A DNA stretch of 64,000 bases, taken from Mustelus asterias. Taxonomy: Eukaryota. The notes beneath the pieces are model-generated. The model did no database searches and was not told the DNA's origin. It saw only the letters and a list, made by a program, of their open reading frames with translations. Every line of letters begins with the position of its first letter. The first letter of the stretch is position 1. Positions 61,443-64,000 of the stretch are shown here, one piece after another. The stretch is from contig NW_027590122.1 in the NCBI RefSeq assembly GCF_964213995.1, positions 1,054,001-1,118,000 on the forward strand, given 5' to 3'. A program made the translations under genes and the position numbers.

Positions 61443-62959
61443 CTGCAAATTGTATTTGCAATGGTTACAATAGTGTAATATATCTTGACTCGCTTCTTTA
61501 TGGTGAGGGGCAGACCCGAAGAGGAAGTGCAGTTATTAGGCTTCCACCGAAATAGGAACAATAAATCCAGCTTGTTTGTACACGAGGTGTTACCAAAACA
61601 TAGCTAACAAGAGTGGAGTCAATGGAGAAGGCAACGATCATTGAAAAAGCTACTGAATGAATCAATTAAGAAGCTGGAATTAGGAGCATCGTCTGAGACT
61701 GGGTTGTCACGGTGTCGACTGTAATGAAAGTGAGACGGAGCACATTGATACAGGCATTGACATTGAGAGATAAGAGTGTGATAGAGGACAGTGAAACAGT
61801 GACACCAAGAGAGGGAGGTGAACATTTAGTAGACTTTCCTGCCACCTGATGGAAGAAATAAGAAATTCTCCATTAGCAATTTCCTGCTTTGCTTTGGAGG
61901 ATAGTAGTTACTTCTGAAATCTTTTCAGAAGGATACTGCAGAAACACGGCTTTGATCATTAAATAGCCACAGGGTGCAGAAGGTAACTTGTAGAGAAAAG
62001 GCGAGATTCGCAAGAAGAGAGTCATACTCAAACACAAGCATACATGCACAGACACAGACAGAGTCTCCCACTTCCAGCCATCTCCCTCTGTTGGACCCTC
62101 TCTTTATTTCAAGCAAACACACACACACGCACACAGACACACTCTTTCATTTCAAGGCGCGGTACCTCAACAAACGTCCCTCTGAAAGTAAAGTTATCCC
62201 ACATCTACAGTGTTGTAGGTAAAATAATCCCTCTGAGACTAGTCGTAGAGTCAACGTACAGTGGGTTTTTTGCACAATTGTGGAAGAGGTCCTCCCGAAC
62301 ACGGTCTCAGACTTCTTACTGAATTCAGGTCAAGAGCAAACATTTGTACATATATTTCCGCCCCTGGTCACGTCCTCATCTTCCCACGATTATTGCTGTC
62401 TCAGCAAGTTCCGTCTTTCCCGTGTAACCGTGCCCATCCTCAAAGCTGCGAATGTCTGTTTTGTCGCCACCTGTGCGTTGTTTATCCATCACACAAGACT
62501 ATAAGTTTGCATAAACAGGGTAACTAAGATACAGGAGCGTATATAGCAATTTATATCAGTATAAATAGGATAGATGAATAGCATATAATCAATACATATG
62601 AATCTATTGTGATACAATGACAGAAGGCATACATGTCAGCTCCACCGTGTTAAACAAAGGTACATAATAGAAAGGAACATAAAATGGAGTCTGCTTCGCT
62701 AATTCTGCTCAGCCACATTCCTGATACGCAATTAGCTGGGAACAGGAAGGACAGCTGTCTCTCTTATCTGGTTTGGATACATGAAAACAAGTTCCACAGA
62801 CATGAAAACACCGAGCCCTAACGTAAACATTAGCTCCACAGTATTTCTCACAAAATTGCAGAGTTCATGTCTCAATGCTTCAGTGTTACAAAGTTCATTA
62901 ACCCATTCCCGTATTCACTCTCCCCTGTTGGTCGGGCCCCATGGTCCAAACATGGCCCC

Positions 62960-64000
62960 ATGACCAATTCAGAACCATATGTTACCAGCGAATGGGCCTA
63001 CCTCCTTTGTCAGGTGGTCTGCCCCCTCTGCCTGTACACTTGTGCCCGGCATAATCCGCGCTGTTCCTATTTTGCAACAGGTGTTCAACAATGCCATACA
63101 AACATAGCAGGTAATTACAATTACAATTAATACAATCAATCCATGCATCAGCTATGCACACCACGACCCAAACCATTGCCCCAGCCATCCCGGAGGGTTA
63201 TAATTGTGATATTGGTTCCCCTCATCCTGCATTGTTTTCGCCACGCGTTTAATGTGATCTGCCAAGCGAGTTATATTCTCCGAAGCATCTGGAGCATACG
63301 TACAGCATTTGGAGCCAACTATAGCACATGTTCCTCCTCGGGAGGCGAGCACATAATCGAGTGCCAATCGGTTCTGTAACGCCACAGTCCGAATAGCTAC
63401 GACCTCTGCTGATATTTCAGAGACAACCGTGCTCACCTCCTCGAACCCATCTTTAGTCTTATTTGCAATTCTCTCTAGGGTCGAGGCCATCCGTATCAGT
63501 TCCTGTGCAGCCTTTGCCGTCCCATAAAGTAGGTAGGCTATCATGAAGAACCGTTCTGTCTCACTAATGGCTCGCTTAGCCCTAAGCAGGTGTATCTCGG
63601 GGTGGTCCCGTAAGTCAGTGTAATGGTGAATATAAGGCATCACATATGCCAAATAGCACGATCCTGCCCAATTCCAGGGAATGATGTGGAGATGCCGGCG
63701 TTGGACTGGGGTAAACACAGTAAGAAGTTTAACAACACCAGGTTAAAGTCCAACAGGTTTATTTGGTACCAAATAAACCTGTTGGACTTTAACCTGGTGT
63801 TGTTAAACTTCTTACGGCAATTCCAGGGAAGCCATGGATAGGCATTGCTTCCACAGACAAAATAGGTACCATTATATGCAGTCATCCTGCTCACATAAGC
63901 GGAGGAGAGGCTAACCGGGACGGTGGCTGTGGGGCACTGGATTGTGACCTGTACCATGGCCCAAGCGTCATTCATGATACCAATCTCTTGTATATAGTAG
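62960..64000 (-). mobile_element. env: Endogenous retrovirus env (gamma-type) remnant, running off the window edge
   Basis: Contains furin site RAKR, a fusion peptide, immunosuppressive domain LQNRLALDYVLASRGG and CX6CC (CAIVGSKCC). A TAG stop precedes the hydrophobic TM, and an insertion at 63682-63817 interrupts the gene. Confidence 0.9.
63682..63817. mobile_element. Penelope-like terminal repeat insertion forming a perfect 96-bp palindrome, with a 13-bp target-site duplication
   Basis: The palindrome spans 63720-63815 (48-bp arms centred on ggtacc). CAATTCCAGGGAA is duplicated at 63669-63681 and 63818-63830. Confidence 0.85.

Overview
This window is vertebrate genomic DNA, almost certainly from a shark (elasmobranch), inferred from HE1-type V-SINEs, CR1 LINEs and the C-delta sequence. 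It covers the delta core of the T-cell receptor alpha/delta locus, transcribed on the minus strand. In transcriptional order (right to left) it contains: an endogenous-retrovirus env remnant; a four-cysteine TCR V gene (leader 61391-61442, V exon 59522-59841, 23-RSS); an intact immunoglobulin-heavy-chain-like V gene (leader 55964-56015, V exon 55540-55844, 23-RSS); one canonical D (12-RSS/23-RSS, 50406-50420); five apparently functional and two pseudogene J segments with 12-RSS (50.3-37.9 kb); and three coding C-delta exons (30274-30585, 27486-27548, 26933-27043). Downstream of C-delta I found no J-alpha array. There are instead candidate enhancer, CRE and CTCF elements, an inverted V pseudogene (~7.5 kb) and another alpha/delta V gene (821-1861). 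Most of the remaining DNA is CR1, Rex1 and Tx1 LINE fragments, SINEs, CA microsatellites and Penelope-like terminal repeats. One of these repeats carries an intact minimal hammerhead ribozyme, and another forms a perfect 96-bp palindrome inserted into the env gene. All family assignments come from motif recognition only; no searches were run.
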